The notes: generated by a model from the letters alone, not told the origin. A stretch of DNA of 64,000 nt from Minisyncoccota bacterium (GCA_020059045.1 JAGVCW010000021.1:27821-91820), one strand, 5' to 3'; shown: positions 11,398-20,881, counted from the stretch's first letter. Made by a program: numbers and translations.

Positions 11398-11479
11398 ATA
11401 GGTAGTAGTAAGTAGTACATTTCAGTTGCAGTTCCCCGTTCAAGGTAGTCCACTCAGCACACCTTATGGAGGTATTACC

Positions 11480-12199
11480 ATGGCTAGCAAGAAGAAGCAG
11501 CAGGTAGCAACGAGCCCGGTTCCCAGCATGCAGGCCGCGGTTGCCACGATGGCGGAAGAGGCTCCCGCCGAGAGCAGGCAGTTCTCTTCGAGCCAGCCGA
11601 AGTGGTCCCCGACTCAGTTCATTGAGACCCTGGGGAAGATCAAGGAAGAACTCCCGGCCGCCGTGTCGAACTTCAAGATCGTGAAGAAGATCGTGGGTCT
11701 CGAGATGGACGGCAAGGATGAGATGGCCTTTCGGCAGATGATTCAGCTCGCCGGGGCCGTTGCTACCAAAGCATCCCAGAAGGCGGACGCGGAAGACCCA
11801 TCAAAGGTGTATCTGGATGCCAGGAAGGTCCAGGCTGCGCTCACCGCATGTGAGCGTGCCAATTCCAATCTGGCACGCACCTTCGACAGGTACATCGGGA
11901 ACTGGCGGAAGCGGGCTGACACCATGATGTCGAACGCAAGGCGCAAGGACCCGGACGTGATCGAGCGCGAGAGTGACACAATCGCGGACAACATGGAGGC
12001 ACTGGATGAGGCACTTGAAGGAAAGAAGCCTCGTCAAGAGGTCCTCGAGATCTACAACAGGACCTTCACCCATCTTCGCGAGCTCTCAAAGGAAGCAACG
12101 GCGCTTGCTACTGAAGCTTCGAGGAGAGAGCAGATCGAAACGATCGGCTCACTCGGGGACGACATCCTCGACTCTCTCGCGGAACTCGACAGCATCTAA
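11480..12199 (+). CDS. High-GC hypothetical alpha-helical protein
   Basis: ATG 11480 (MASKKKQQ...) with GGAGG SD. GC ~58% against ~40% in flanks. No recognisable family. Confidence 0.6.
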   Translation: MASKKKQQVATSPVPSMQAAVATMAEEAPAESRQFSSSQPKWSPTQFIETLGKIKEELPAAVSNFKIVKKIVGLEMDGKDEMAFRQMIQLAGAVATKASQKADAEDPSKVYLDARKVQAALTACERANSNLARTFDRYIGNWRKRADTMMSNARRKDPDVIERESDTIADNMEALDEALEGKKPRQEVLEIYNRTFTHLRELSKEATALATEASRREQIETIGSLGDDILDSLAELDSI

Positions 12200-12215
12200 G
12201 TGCTGCGAGCAGTAG

Positions 12216-12258
12216 TACCCCACGAAAAACCCCCAAGGTATCGTGGGGTTTTTCTTTT
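12216..12258 (+). terminator. Rho-independent terminator
   Basis: CCCCACGA...TCGTGGGG hairpin followed by TTTTTCTTTT. Confidence 0.65.
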
Positions 12259-12472
12259 ATTGCAATTGCGGAGAATACCATGACAGCTAGGCTGCATGGG
12301 ATGAATCCGCAAATACATACTATATGTCGGCGGAGCCGACTCCTCTTGCAACAAAGTTTGCCCTGATGCCTCGTCCTGCTACTCGCCGAGGCTTTGCGAG
12401 GGAATAGCTTACTGCGATTATAGGACGAGGCCAATTTTATTAAGATAATAATCTTTCCTGTATAATTTATAT

Positions 12473-13441
12473 ATGGAATACAAAACTATTATTTTGCCTA
12501 CTAGGCCTCAGGTGGATACTGTTATTTCTATATTCGTATTAAAGCACTTTGGTGAAAGTTTCTTCCCTGGTATTAAGACTGCTAGCTATGAGTTCATGTC
12601 CAACTTACCAGCTGGTGCGAGCGAAGAGAGCTTGGCAGAGGAAGGAAGGCTCCCAATAGATATTGGTGGTGGACGATTTGATCATCACAACAAAGAGGAG
12701 AAAACCACTGTTCTAAATCTTTTGACTAGCTTTCTTGCTCAAGGGAATAATCCTGCTTTAATAAAACTCAAGAAGTTTGTAGAAAGAGATGATTTTTATG
12801 GTAAAGGAATAATATCCTCTGACCCCCTTGATCGTGCTTTCGGTTTGCCCGGGCTTATTGCTTGTCTTAATAAAAAGTATTCAAGTAACCCAGCGAAAGT
12901 GCTGGATATAATTCTTCCAGTTGTTGATGCGTACTACGAAGAAGAAGAGAAGAGGGCAATAGGAATGCCTCTTGAACTTAAGGAGAAAATAGCAAATGGT
13001 AAAGCTAGAGTATTTAATACAGAGCAGAGAGGCAGAAAACTTAAATGCATTTTCATAGAAAGCGATAACATAAGTCTACCGGGTTTTCTTCGATCTAAGA
13101 TTGGAGGGGAGCACGATGTGATTGCAATAAGGCTATCGTCTGGACACACAAATATTCTTACGAGTCTCAAAAATACAGTTGATTTGCGTTCACTCGCAGT
13201 GCTTATTCGCTTACAAGAAGCCGAGGCGCGAGGTGTGAAGCTAGATGGAGTGCCGGAAGATTTAGCAGTACCGGGTAAAATCGATGAAGTACTTAATTGG
13301 TACTACGATACAGCTACTAACTCTTTACTAAATGGTGGTCCTAATCCAAGTGAGACCGACCCAACGGGAATAGCATCTTTCGAATTTGAAAAAATAATGG
13401 AAATAGGGCTCTCTGAGAAACTCTGGTCTCCATCACGATAA
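12473..13441 (+). CDS. MYG1/UPF0160-like paralog, low GC, N-terminal His motif replaced
   Basis: DIGGGRFDHHNKEE aligns with the DHH motif of the 10187 gene. N-terminal TRPQVDTV occupies the FHADE position. TATAAT lies 13 nt before the ATG, so the mRNA may be leaderless. Confidence 0.55.
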   Translation: MEYKTIILPTRPQVDTVISIFVLKHFGESFFPGIKTASYEFMSNLPAGASEESLAEEGRLPIDIGGGRFDHHNKEEKTTVLNLLTSFLAQGNNPALIKLKKFVERDDFYGKGIISSDPLDRAFGLPGLIACLNKKYSSNPAKVLDIILPVVDAYYEEEEKRAIGMPLELKEKIANGKARVFNTEQRGRKLKCIFIESDNISLPGFLRSKIGGEHDVIAIRLSSGHTNILTSLKNTVDLRSLAVLIRLQEAEARGVKLDGVPEDLAVPGKIDEVLNWYYDTATNSLLNGGPNPSETDPTGIASFEFEKIMEIGLSEKLWSPSR

Positions 13442-13564
13442 GCCAAATACCCTTTATATTAGCCACGTAATGGTCTATAAAAATCCTTGACTTTTATAGA
13501 CCATTATGCTATTATTATACAAGAACAGCAGTTTCACACACCGACCCTTTCACAAGGAGTTTGC

Positions 13565-14155
13565 ATGGTAAAAAGCAAGGAAGTCGTCGACCCCGCATTT
13601 GTCGGAGAAGTGGAAGCGGCGCTCGTGTACCTCACGGTGCCCGGCAATCTGAAGTATCTTATACCCGGGTGGGTAAAAGAGGCGGACTTCTCGAATACTC
13701 CAAAGTCCGAGCGCCAGATGGCCCCACGATCCGATAAGTTGTTCCAAGTTGCACAAGCGAGGATGGATGGGGTGCTCGGGGATCTTGCCGGCGCTGGTTT
13801 CCTCCCCTCTGAAGTGTTTTATCTGAATCGGGATGGTGGCGCGCGGCGGGTTCGTATCACATGCAAGCGCTTTGGCGCACCGCTGACACTCGATCAGGTG
13901 CAGTCTCTCATTCCCCTCACTACCGAGCGGATATGGGATGTGATGGCTCATCGGACGGCTGCTACCAGGAACATTCCATGGGAGCACATTTCGATCAATG
14001 CCGGACGCCCCGATCATGCTCCAGAAGGGGGATTCGAAGCGGTTCGCGTGGTCGAAGGTCGAGTCTCGGTAGTTTCCCTTCTCAACACGGACGAGCTGCG
14101 GAAGGCGTCTGAGTCCATCATCGGCCTCCTCGAATCGCTGCAGATAACACGCTAA
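13565..14155 (+). CDS. High-GC hypothetical protein
   Basis: ATG 13565 preceded by AAGGAG SD, in frame with ORF 13487..14155. GC ~58%. Confidence 0.55.
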   Translation: MVKSKEVVDPAFVGEVEAALVYLTVPGNLKYLIPGWVKEADFSNTPKSERQMAPRSDKLFQVAQARMDGVLGDLAGAGFLPSEVFYLNRDGGARRVRITCKRFGAPLTLDQVQSLIPLTTERIWDVMAHRTAATRNIPWEHISINAGRPDHAPEGGFEAVRVVEGRVSVVSLLNTDELRKASESIIGLLESLQITR

Positions 14156-14349
14156 TCCTCCTTGCGATAACAGGGGGGTCAACGAGCCAGACAGAAATGT
14201 CTGGCTCTTTTCTATTTAATTGACAACAAGTGTCTATTTCTATAATATCTTGAGAAGCTCATCCGAGCTTTTTGTATTCTAATTTTAGTTTTAGTAGCTG
14301 GGCAGGAGTAACCCTTCGACGAGCTCAGGGTAAAAATCTAAAGATTTTT

Positions 14350-14709
14350 GTGACACGATCATCAAAAAAAGGCCCCTATGTATATGAGCGCCTTCTGAAG
14401 AAAATTGAAGGCAAAAAGCCCGAGCAAGCTGGGGTTATTAAGACATGGGCAAGGGACAGCCAGATCGCTCCCGAGATGGTTGGCTACACATTTGGAGTAC
14501 ATAATGGTAAGGATCATATTGAAGTTTTTGTAACTGAAGACATGGTGGGTCATAGACTCGGCGAATTCTCACCTACACGTAAGTTCGTTAAACATGGCGG
14601 TAAGATGCAGAAAGAACTTGAGCAGAAGAAGAAAGAATCAGAAATAGCATCTGCTCAAGCGGCCAAAGCCTCTGTAAGTGCAGGAGCAAATACAGTACCG
14701 GCGAAGTAG
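14350..14709 (+). CDS. rpsS: 30S ribosomal protein S19 (C-terminal Lys/Ala-rich extension)
   Basis: GTG 14350 gives [11 protein letters not shown]..., the canonical S19 N-terminus. [29 protein letters not shown] core. The alternative ATG 14272 would add an unconserved 26-aa leader. Confidence 0.85.
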   Translation: MTRSSKKGPYVYERLLKKIEGKKPEQAGVIKTWARDSQIAPEMVGYTFGVHNGKDHIEVFVTEDMVGHRLGEFSPTRKFVKHGGKMQKELEQKKKESEIASAQAAKASVSAGANTVPAK

Positions 14710-14813
14710 CTTAAATGTTCTAAGTGTTGTATGTGTTATACATGTCATACAACTTCAACAATTCAAACAAATAAAACAACTAGAACATCTATAACAATTA
14801 AAACCGCGAATTT

Positions 14814-15212
14814 ATGAGCGAAATAACTGCACAACTAAATGATTACAGACAGGCACCTCGTAAGGTGCGAGTTGTTGCAGGTCTTGTAAGAGGCAAGTCG
14901 GTCAAAGATGCTTTGGTGTCACTTGAATTTTTGCCTAAGCGTGCAGCAGATCCAATCTCAAAGCTTATAAGATCAGCGGTTGCAAACGCTCGATCTCAGA
15001 ACATTGAAACCGAGAATCTTATTCTAAAGGAACTACGTGTAGACGGAGGAAAAATATTATATCGAAGACGCAGCGCATCCCGCGGCCGAGCACCAGCTAT
15101 ACGAAAGAGGACAAGCCACATTCTCGTTGTCTTATCGGAAGACACCAAGAAGAAGTTGAAAAAGCAAAATGCAAAAAGTAAAAGTAATTCAGACGTAAGC
15201 GCTAAAAAATAA
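14814..15212 (+). CDS. rplV: 50S ribosomal protein L22
   Basis: MSEITAQLNDYRQAPRKVRVVAGLVRGKSV... Confidence 0.92.
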   Translation: MSEITAQLNDYRQAPRKVRVVAGLVRGKSVKDALVSLEFLPKRAADPISKLIRSAVANARSQNIETENLILKELRVDGGKILYRRRSASRGRAPAIRKRTSHILVVLSEDTKKKLKKQNAKSKSNSDVSAKK

Positions 15213-15248
15213 TTTTAAATTTTGATTTTTAAATTTTAATTTATATTC

Positions 15249-15929
15249 ATGAGTCATACAGTTCACCCATTTTCACACAGACTAGGTATCATAAGAGATT
15301 GGAGATCTCGATGGTTTGGTACAAAGAAGAATTACAAAGAATTTCTTCGCGGTGATCTTTTGATACGAGCATTTCTAGAAGGAAAGCTTCGTGGTATGTA
15401 CGTAAGTACTATTGAAATCGAGCGTAATGAAAAAGTTCTGCGCATTATAGTTGAGACTTCTCGACCCGGTATGATCATTGGTCGTAGTGGCGATGGAGCA
15501 GTCCGGCTCAAAGACCAGATCGTAGCCATGCTTCGCCGAGAGAAGGTGGGTCGTGCTAACGAAGAGGTTCGTCTCGATATTAAGGAGGTTAGATCTCCAG
15601 AATCAAATGCTCACATTGTTTCTCAGATGATAGGAGAGGGACTTGAGAAAAGACTTCCATACAGAAGAGTTGTGAAGCAAATGGTAGAAAAGGTTATGGC
15701 CAATCGTGATGTGAAAGGGGTAAAGGTAACTGTTGCAGGAAGACTCGGGGGCGCAAGTATTGCACGATCAGAGACAAGAAAGCTTGGTAGAATTCCTCTT
15801 CAGACATTTCGTGCTGATGTAGAGTTCGCACGGCACGAAGCTCGTCTCCCATATGGCAATCTGGGTATAAAAGTTTGGATTTACAAAGGTGACATTTTCT
15901 CCACCAAGGTTGGTGGAGAAAAGTCATAA
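15249..15929 (+). CDS. rpsC: 30S ribosomal protein S3
   Basis: MSHTVHPFSHRLGIIRDWRSRWF..., KH domain. Confidence 0.95.
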   Translation: MSHTVHPFSHRLGIIRDWRSRWFGTKKNYKEFLRGDLLIRAFLEGKLRGMYVSTIEIERNEKVLRIIVETSRPGMIIGRSGDGAVRLKDQIVAMLRREKVGRANEEVRLDIKEVRSPESNAHIVSQMIGEGLEKRLPYRRVVKQMVEKVMANRDVKGVKVTVAGRLGGASIARSETRKLGRIPLQTFRADVEFARHEARLPYGNLGIKVWIYKGDIFSTKVGGEKS

Positions 15930-15956
15930 TTGTTCTACTTGTTATAGTTGTTCTAT

Positions 15957-16325
15957 ATGTCAGAGAGATTTCAAGGATATAGGTTTGAAAAATTGGAAGT
16001 TTGGCAGGTGGGAATGCGTATAGTAAGTAAGGTATATTCAATTACGAAAAGGTTTCCTAAAGACGAGACCTACGCCCTGTCTGACCAGTTAAAAAGAGCA
16101 GCCACTTCGATAGTTTTAAACTTGGCAGAAGGCTCAGGACAGCCAACAAAAAAGTTATTCTCTCTTTATATTGAACGTGCCAAGTCCTCAACACTTGAAT
16201 GTGTGGCTTGTACAAAAATTGCTGTTCAGGAAAAACTTGTAGAACCTGATGAGGTTAAATCTTTGGAAGAGCTACTTGCGGAAGAGTATTTTAAACTTAT
16301 TGCGCTAGCAAAATCTATGAGGTAA
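15957..16325 (+). CDS. Four-helix-bundle protein (23S rRNA intervening-sequence protein family, TIGR02436/PF05635-like)
   Basis: FEKLEVWQVGMRIVSKVYSITKRFPKDETYALSDQLKRAATSIVLNLAEG matches the family consensus (FE.L.vWQka..l...iy..t..FPk.E.y.L.sQ.rRAa.S...NIAEG). Confidence 0.75.
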   Translation: MSERFQGYRFEKLEVWQVGMRIVSKVYSITKRFPKDETYALSDQLKRAATSIVLNLAEGSGQPTKKLFSLYIERAKSSTLECVACTKIAVQEKLVEPDEVKSLEELLAEEYFKLIALAKSMR

Positions 16326-16396
16326 GATCTTCCTACTCTAGCTTGTAACCTATCTAACACCTATAACAACTAGAACATATATAACACTTACAACCA

Positions 16397-16813
16397 ATGC
16401 TTTTCCCAAAAAAAGTAAAATATCGAAAATGGCACACTATGCGCAAGAACCCCAAGAAGGTGGGTTCTGCTACTCGTGGTATAGAAGTTAACTTCGGATC
16501 CTATGGTCTGAAAGCTCTTGAGTATGGCCGTATTAAGTCGAACCAGATTGAGTCAGCAAGAAAGGTTATGTCTCGCTCACTCGGAAAGACTGGCAAGATT
16601 TGGATCAGGATTTTCCCAGACATGCCATACACAGCGAAACCTGCCGAAGTTAAGCTCGGTAAAGGAAAAGGTGATCTCCAAGGTTACGTCGCTCCAGTTC
16701 ACGCAGGCAGAGTACTTTTTGAAGTAGATGGAGTAACGGAGGCTGTGGCAAGAGAGTCGCTCCGTAAAGCAGGAACAAAGCTACCAGTGAAAACAAGGAT
16801 AGTGGCTAGGTAA
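16397..16813 (+). CDS. rplP: 50S ribosomal protein L16
   Basis: MLFPKKVKYRKWHTMRKNPKK... Confidence 0.95.
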   Translation: MLFPKKVKYRKWHTMRKNPKKVGSATRGIEVNFGSYGLKALEYGRIKSNQIESARKVMSRSLGKTGKIWIRIFPDMPYTAKPAEVKLGKGKGDLQGYVAPVHAGRVLFEVDGVTEAVARESLRKAGTKLPVKTRIVAR

Positions 16814-16903
16814 ATAGCGCTTGTTGTAAATGATGTATATGTTCTAAGTGTCTGACAAATACAACATCTACAACATTTAAAAACATTTACAACAAAATAT
16901 AGT

Positions 16904-17095
16904 ATGTCTAAGGAACTCAAAGAAAAAAACGAAAAGGAATTAAGTAAAATGCTTGCGGATAATCAAGAGAATTTACGCTCTTTTCGATTTGGTATCGCAG
17001 GTTCGAAGAATCGCAATGTGAAAGAGGGACGGGCAATTCGCAAAGACATTGCAAGGATCCAAACTGAGATGAGTGCTCGCAAGAAGGCTAAATAG
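16904..17095 (+). CDS. rpmC: 50S ribosomal protein L29
   Basis: MSKELKEKNEKELSKMLADNQENLRSFRF... Confidence 0.88.
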   Translation: MSKELKEKNEKELSKMLADNQENLRSFRFGIAGSKNRNVKEGRAIRKDIARIQTEMSARKKAK

Positions 17096-17142
17096 ACAAG
17101 AGTCTGAAAATATGTAGTATAAACACACTAACTTATAGAGAG

Positions 17143-17382
17143 ATGAGTGCAATATCCACAAAAAATAAAGAATTTACAGGTACAGTAGTGTCAGACAAAA
17201 TGAAAGACACGATTGTTGTTAGTGTGGAGAGGTTTACGAAGCACCCTCGTTACGGCAAGTACATCCGAAGCCGTCGTAAGTTCAAGGTTCACGATGTAGG
17301 AAATACGAAAAAGATTGGAGAAAAAGTAGTATTCATTGCTTGTCGCCCAATTTCAAAAGATAAGAGATTCAGAGTTATTTAA
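17143..17382 (+). CDS. rpsQ: 30S ribosomal protein S17
   Basis: FTGTVVSDKMKDTIVVSVERFTKHPRYGKYIRSRRKFKVHD. Confidence 0.92.
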   Translation: MSAISTKNKEFTGTVVSDKMKDTIVVSVERFTKHPRYGKYIRSRRKFKVHDVGNTKKIGEKVVFIACRPISKDKRFRVI

Positions 17383-17558
17383 GGAGCTTGGCGACTATAA
17401 ATAACCTGACCCCCCATCATTTTTAACAATGAAACCTGAAACATTAAAAAAAGATATTGAAAAACATTTCTATTATAGTATCCGATGAAACATATTTTAA
17501 AAATGATGAGGGATGGTGATTTTCAAAAACTCACTATCGCTCGTTAAGAAAATCAACC
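17383..17558 (+). promoter_or_regulatory. Family-1 structured spacer upstream of rplN
   Basis: TGACCCCCCATCATTTTT ... AAAAATGATGAGGGATGG IR, then CTCACTATCGCTCGTTAAGAAAATCAACC-ATG. Confidence 0.55.
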
Positions 17559-17930
17559 ATGATCCAACCCCGCTCAATAGTAAAAATAGCAGACAACTCA
17601 GGCGCCAAAATCGGTAGAGTTTTCAAGGTGCTTGGTGGGTCTAAGAAGAGATACGCACGTATTGGTGATGTGGTGGTATTGTCGGTTCAGGTAGCACAAC
17701 CTAGAAAGTCAGTGAAAAAGAAAGACATTTTGTACGCGGTGGTAGCACGTCAGAGAACACCATTTCGCAGACAAGATGGTTCCTACATTCGTTTCGATGA
17801 GAATGCAGTGATAATTGTTGATAAAGCAAAGCACGAGCCTATCGCAGGACGTGTTTTCGGACCGATCCCAAGAGAGCTTGGCGAGATGGGATTCCAGCAG
17901 GTAATATCATTAGCACAAGAGGTAGTTTAG
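17559..17930 (+). CDS. rplN: 50S ribosomal protein L14
   Basis: MIQPRSIVKIADNSGAK... Confidence 0.95.
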   Translation: MIQPRSIVKIADNSGAKIGRVFKVLGGSKKRYARIGDVVVLSVQVAQPRKSVKKKDILYAVVARQRTPFRRQDGSYIRFDENAVIIVDKAKHEPIAGRVFGPIPRELGEMGFQQVISLAQEVV

Positions 17931-18149
17931 AAAATCAAGGAGTGAAACGACTATGATTTACTTAACCCCACCTAAATTTTGCATCGAAGACAGAAGCGCA
18001 GTGCGCGGCCGAGTAGGCCAAGCGGTCATGGGCGAAGCGCTGCGCCTCGAAAGGTTTGTGACTATTCGTCACTCGCACTTCTTGTGGTAATGTAAAAGCA
18101 AAATTTAGGCGGGGTCATGATTTTCCAATCGCTCCGCTCAAAAAAATCA
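17931..18149 (+). promoter_or_regulatory. Family-1 structured spacer upstream of rplX, with GC-rich insert
   Basis: ACTTAACCCCACCTAAATTTT ... AAAATTTAGGCGGGGTCATGATTTTCCAATCGCTCCGCTCAA 15-bp IR, plus a GC-rich hairpin at 18005-18055. Confidence 0.55.
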
Positions 18150-18455
18150 ATGAAAATAAAAAGGGATGACAACGTAATAGTGATAGGAGGCAAGGACAGA
18201 GGCAAAACTGGTAAAGTTTTGCGTGCTTTTCCTCGTGAATCGAAAGTTGTCATCTCGGGCGTAAACTTGAAAAAACTTCATAAGCGTCCCACAAAATCCG
18301 GGCAGAAGGGACAAGTCGTTGAGCAAGCTGCACCCATACATGTATCAAATGTTATGATTGTGGATCCAAAATCTGGGAAGAGAACAAGAGTTCTACGCAA
18401 GATGGAAGGAGACAAGAAAGTCAGAGTAGCAAAAAGTAGCGGCACCACGCTGTAA
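18150..18455 (+). CDS. rplX: 50S ribosomal protein L24
   Basis: ATG 18150 gives MKIKRDDNVIVIGGKDRGKTGKV, the canonical L24 N-terminus. Confidence 0.9.
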   Translation: MKIKRDDNVIVIGGKDRGKTGKVLRAFPRESKVVISGVNLKKLHKRPTKSGQKGQVVEQAAPIHVSNVMIVDPKSGKRTRVLRKMEGDKKVRVAKSSGTTL

Positions 18456-18532
18456 AGTTATAAATGTTGTAATTGTTGTAGTGTCAGACATTTATAACAT
18501 CTACAACATTTAGAACAATTTCAACATACAAA

Positions 18533-19081
18533 ATGCAAAGCATAAAAGAAAAAACTCAAAAAACGTTTTCATCACTTAAGGCCACTCGTGGTTATAAAAA
18601 TCCCATGCAATCTCCACGTATTGTCAAAGTTGTTGTGAGTGTAGGAACGGGCTCATTTAAGGATGCGAAGAAAAAGGAACTTGCCCTGGATCGTCTTACG
18701 AAGATTACCGGCCAGCGCCCATCAGTACGCGGTGCAAAGCAGTCAATTGCCGCATTTAAAGTCCGACAGGGAGACCCGGTAGGACTTGCAGTCACACTTC
18801 GTGGCAAGAGAATGTACGATTTTCTAGATAAGTTAATCCATGTGGCCCTACCTCGTACCAAGGACTTCAGAGGAGTATCTTCTAAAGCTATTGATAAGAT
18901 GGGCAATTACACTCTAGGTATTAAGGAGCACACTATTTTCCCAGAGACAGCAGACGAGGAACTTAAAGACGTTTTTGGGCTAGCAATAACAATAGTTACG
19001 ACCGCAAGAACGAAGGAGGAGACCAAAGAATTTCTAGATTATCTAAGTTTCCCTTTCAAAAAAACAGAAGAGAAGAAGTAA
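18533..19081 (+). CDS. rplE: 50S ribosomal protein L5
   Basis: RIVKVVVSVGTG...KITGQRP...TLRGKRMYDFLDKLI. Confidence 0.95.
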   Translation: MQSIKEKTQKTFSSLKATRGYKNPMQSPRIVKVVVSVGTGSFKDAKKKELALDRLTKITGQRPSVRGAKQSIAAFKVRQGDPVGLAVTLRGKRMYDFLDKLIHVALPRTKDFRGVSSKAIDKMGNYTLGIKEHTIFPETADEELKDVFGLAITIVTTARTKEETKEFLDYLSFPFKKTEEKK

Positions 19082-19184
19082 ATCCGTGGAAGCGAAGCGT
19101 GGAAGCCGAGCTTCCACGGAACATACTGTGTTCAGAATCTTTAAATGCTTGTAAACTTCATATAAATTTGTTTCTATAATAGAT

Positions 19185-19391
19185 ATGACAGAAGAATCAC
19201 TAAACTTAAACGAGACAAAGGAGAAGAGCGCGTTTTCCATGGGCGATCATTCAGATTTTATTGCAAGAGAGCTTGACCAAGTGAATAGGGAGTTACTCGA
19301 TGTAAGTTTAGACATACCAGATGGGGAGGTATCAGGTTTGGAAGAAGTGTATGATGCGATGATAAGGGATCTAAAAATCGAAAATAAATAA
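19185..19391 (+). CDS. Small acidic hypothetical protein
   Basis: 68-aa ORF inside the operon, between rplE and rpsN. Confidence 0.4.
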   Translation: MTEESLNLNETKEKSAFSMGDHSDFIARELDQVNRELLDVSLDIPDGEVSGLEEVYDAMIRDLKIENK

Positions 19392-19410
19392 TTCAAGTTC
19401 TCACTTTCGT

Positions 19411-19752
19411 ATGAACAAATTTTTATCTTTAGTAACGCGTATTCTGGGTGAGCTAGAATTTTCGCAAGAAAACAAAGAAAAAGTTGCATATGATCTCAAT
19501 CGCCTAATTATGACAAAGGTTGTCATAGCACTTCTTGATGAGGCCCCAGAGAATGTTCAAACTGAAGTTGAAAAACTTTTAAGTGCTGGTGAAACACTTG
19601 AAGTTGCAAATATCCTCAAGTCTACATTTACGACTGAAAGATTCGAAGAAGTAAGCCTTCATATTACTCGAGATGTGGTTCACAAATACTTAAGCGAATT
19701 GTTTGCAAAAACTCACAAGGAAAACAAAGAGAAACTTGTCGCTTCACTCTAA
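19411..19752 (+). CDS. Small hypothetical protein
   Basis: 113-aa ORF followed by hairpin TGTGCTGGGCTCTAATAGCACA plus T-run. Confidence 0.45.
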   Translation: MNKFLSLVTRILGELEFSQENKEKVAYDLNRLIMTKVVIALLDEAPENVQTEVEKLLSAGETLEVANILKSTFTTERFEEVSLHITRDVVHKYLSELFAKTHKENKEKLVASL

Positions 19753-19794
19753 TATTTGTGCTGGGCTCTAATAGCACAGTACTTTTGTATAAAA

Positions 19795-20085
19795 ACAAAC
19801 CCGCTCCTTGGTGAGGGCGGGCGATAGTGGGAAGAAAACTTCCAATGGTTTGGAAACTGCATGAAACCGGGTACTTCCTCCCTTTGTCTAGTCAATGGCG
19901 ATTGGGCGCCTATGACATCCTCTTGGCTGTAAACCTCGTAACTCACCATGAGTTACGGCAGGCTAACGCCAACTAAGCTGAGGACTTCGACTGGGCTGTC
20001 TCTGCACGTGGTCCCGAATGAGACGCCTAGTGAGCGAATGACCCGAACGCAGACTACCCGGTTTCACACTTTGTAATGAACTTAT
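19795..20085 (+). ncRNA. Candidate RNase P RNA-like structured ncRNA (rnpB-like), with a related downstream GC-rich segment to ~20300
   Basis: No ORF. GC-rich. GAAACCGGGTA (19859-19869) is the exact reverse complement of TACCCGGTTTC (20057-20067), a P4-like pseudoknot. 3' segment GCCTAGTGAGCGAATGACCCGAACGCAGACTACCCGGTTTCAC resembles E. coli M1 RNA GCCUAGAUGAAUGACUGUCCACGACAGAACCCGGCUUAUC (CR-V). Local hairpins throughout. Confidence 0.4.
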
Positions 20086-20592
20086 ATCTTGCACTCTCTT
20101 TCGAGAGATGATTTCGTACCCTGGGGCGGCGAGCGGGCCGAAGCGCCGTCACGACCCCAGGGACTTCCTCGATATTTAACCTCTGATGCCGAGTACCGCA
20201 TCGGAGGCGATCCCCGTTAGGACGTAAGCGAATGCACCGGTTTAGGGCACATCACTGTATCCGAGCCCGCATGGGGGAGCTTGTGAGCTTATGTATATTA
20301 TAGCATGTACACGTTATTTGTCAAGGAGTTTCTCATTATCTTTTCTGTGACACATGAAATATGGCTAAAACTAAGGCTTATTTGAATATCACTTTAAAGT
20401 AGAGGGAAATTTGTTGGCAAGTTCTTGAAATTATCCGCTTAACCCTTATTTTATTGACTTTATACGGCTCAATTGCTAAGCTGTTGCAAAGCTTTTGGAA
20501 GCTTTTTTCTTTACTTAATCGCTTCATTCGTCAATATTCTTCCTTTTGAGGGCTTTCGCTCATGCGAGGTCGCTAGAGGATAAACAATATTT

Positions 20593-20778
20593 GTGGCCAA
20601 GAAATCAGTTATAGCAAGATCAGTTAAAAAGCCTAAATTCTCGACTCGCATCGTGAGGCGTTGTTTCCGTTGTGGTCGAAAGCGTGGCTATATGCAAGAT
20701 TTTGATCTATGTAGAATATGTTTTCGCGAATTTGCAAATGAAGGCAAAATCCCGGGCGTTAAGAAATCAAGTTGGTAA
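20593..20778 (+). CDS. rpsN: 30S ribosomal protein S14 type Z (zinc-binding)
   Basis: 61 aa with CFRCGR...CRICFRE Cys pairs. Confidence 0.92.
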   Translation: MAKKSVIARSVKKPKFSTRIVRRCFRCGRKRGYMQDFDLCRICFREFANEGKIPGVKKSSW

Positions 20779-20881
20779 TAAAAGATTGTTCTAGATGTTG
20801 TAATTGATATACATGTTATAAATGTCTGACAAATACAACAACTAAAACATTTTGAAACAAATATAACATCTCAAACATTAC

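Noticed and set aside
13550-14182. 210-aa minus-strand ORF overlapping 13565-14155
   Set aside because: It is an antisense ORF of a 58%-GC gene. The + strand ORF has an AAGGAG SD and a coherent sequence. High GC commonly yields long antisense ORFs.
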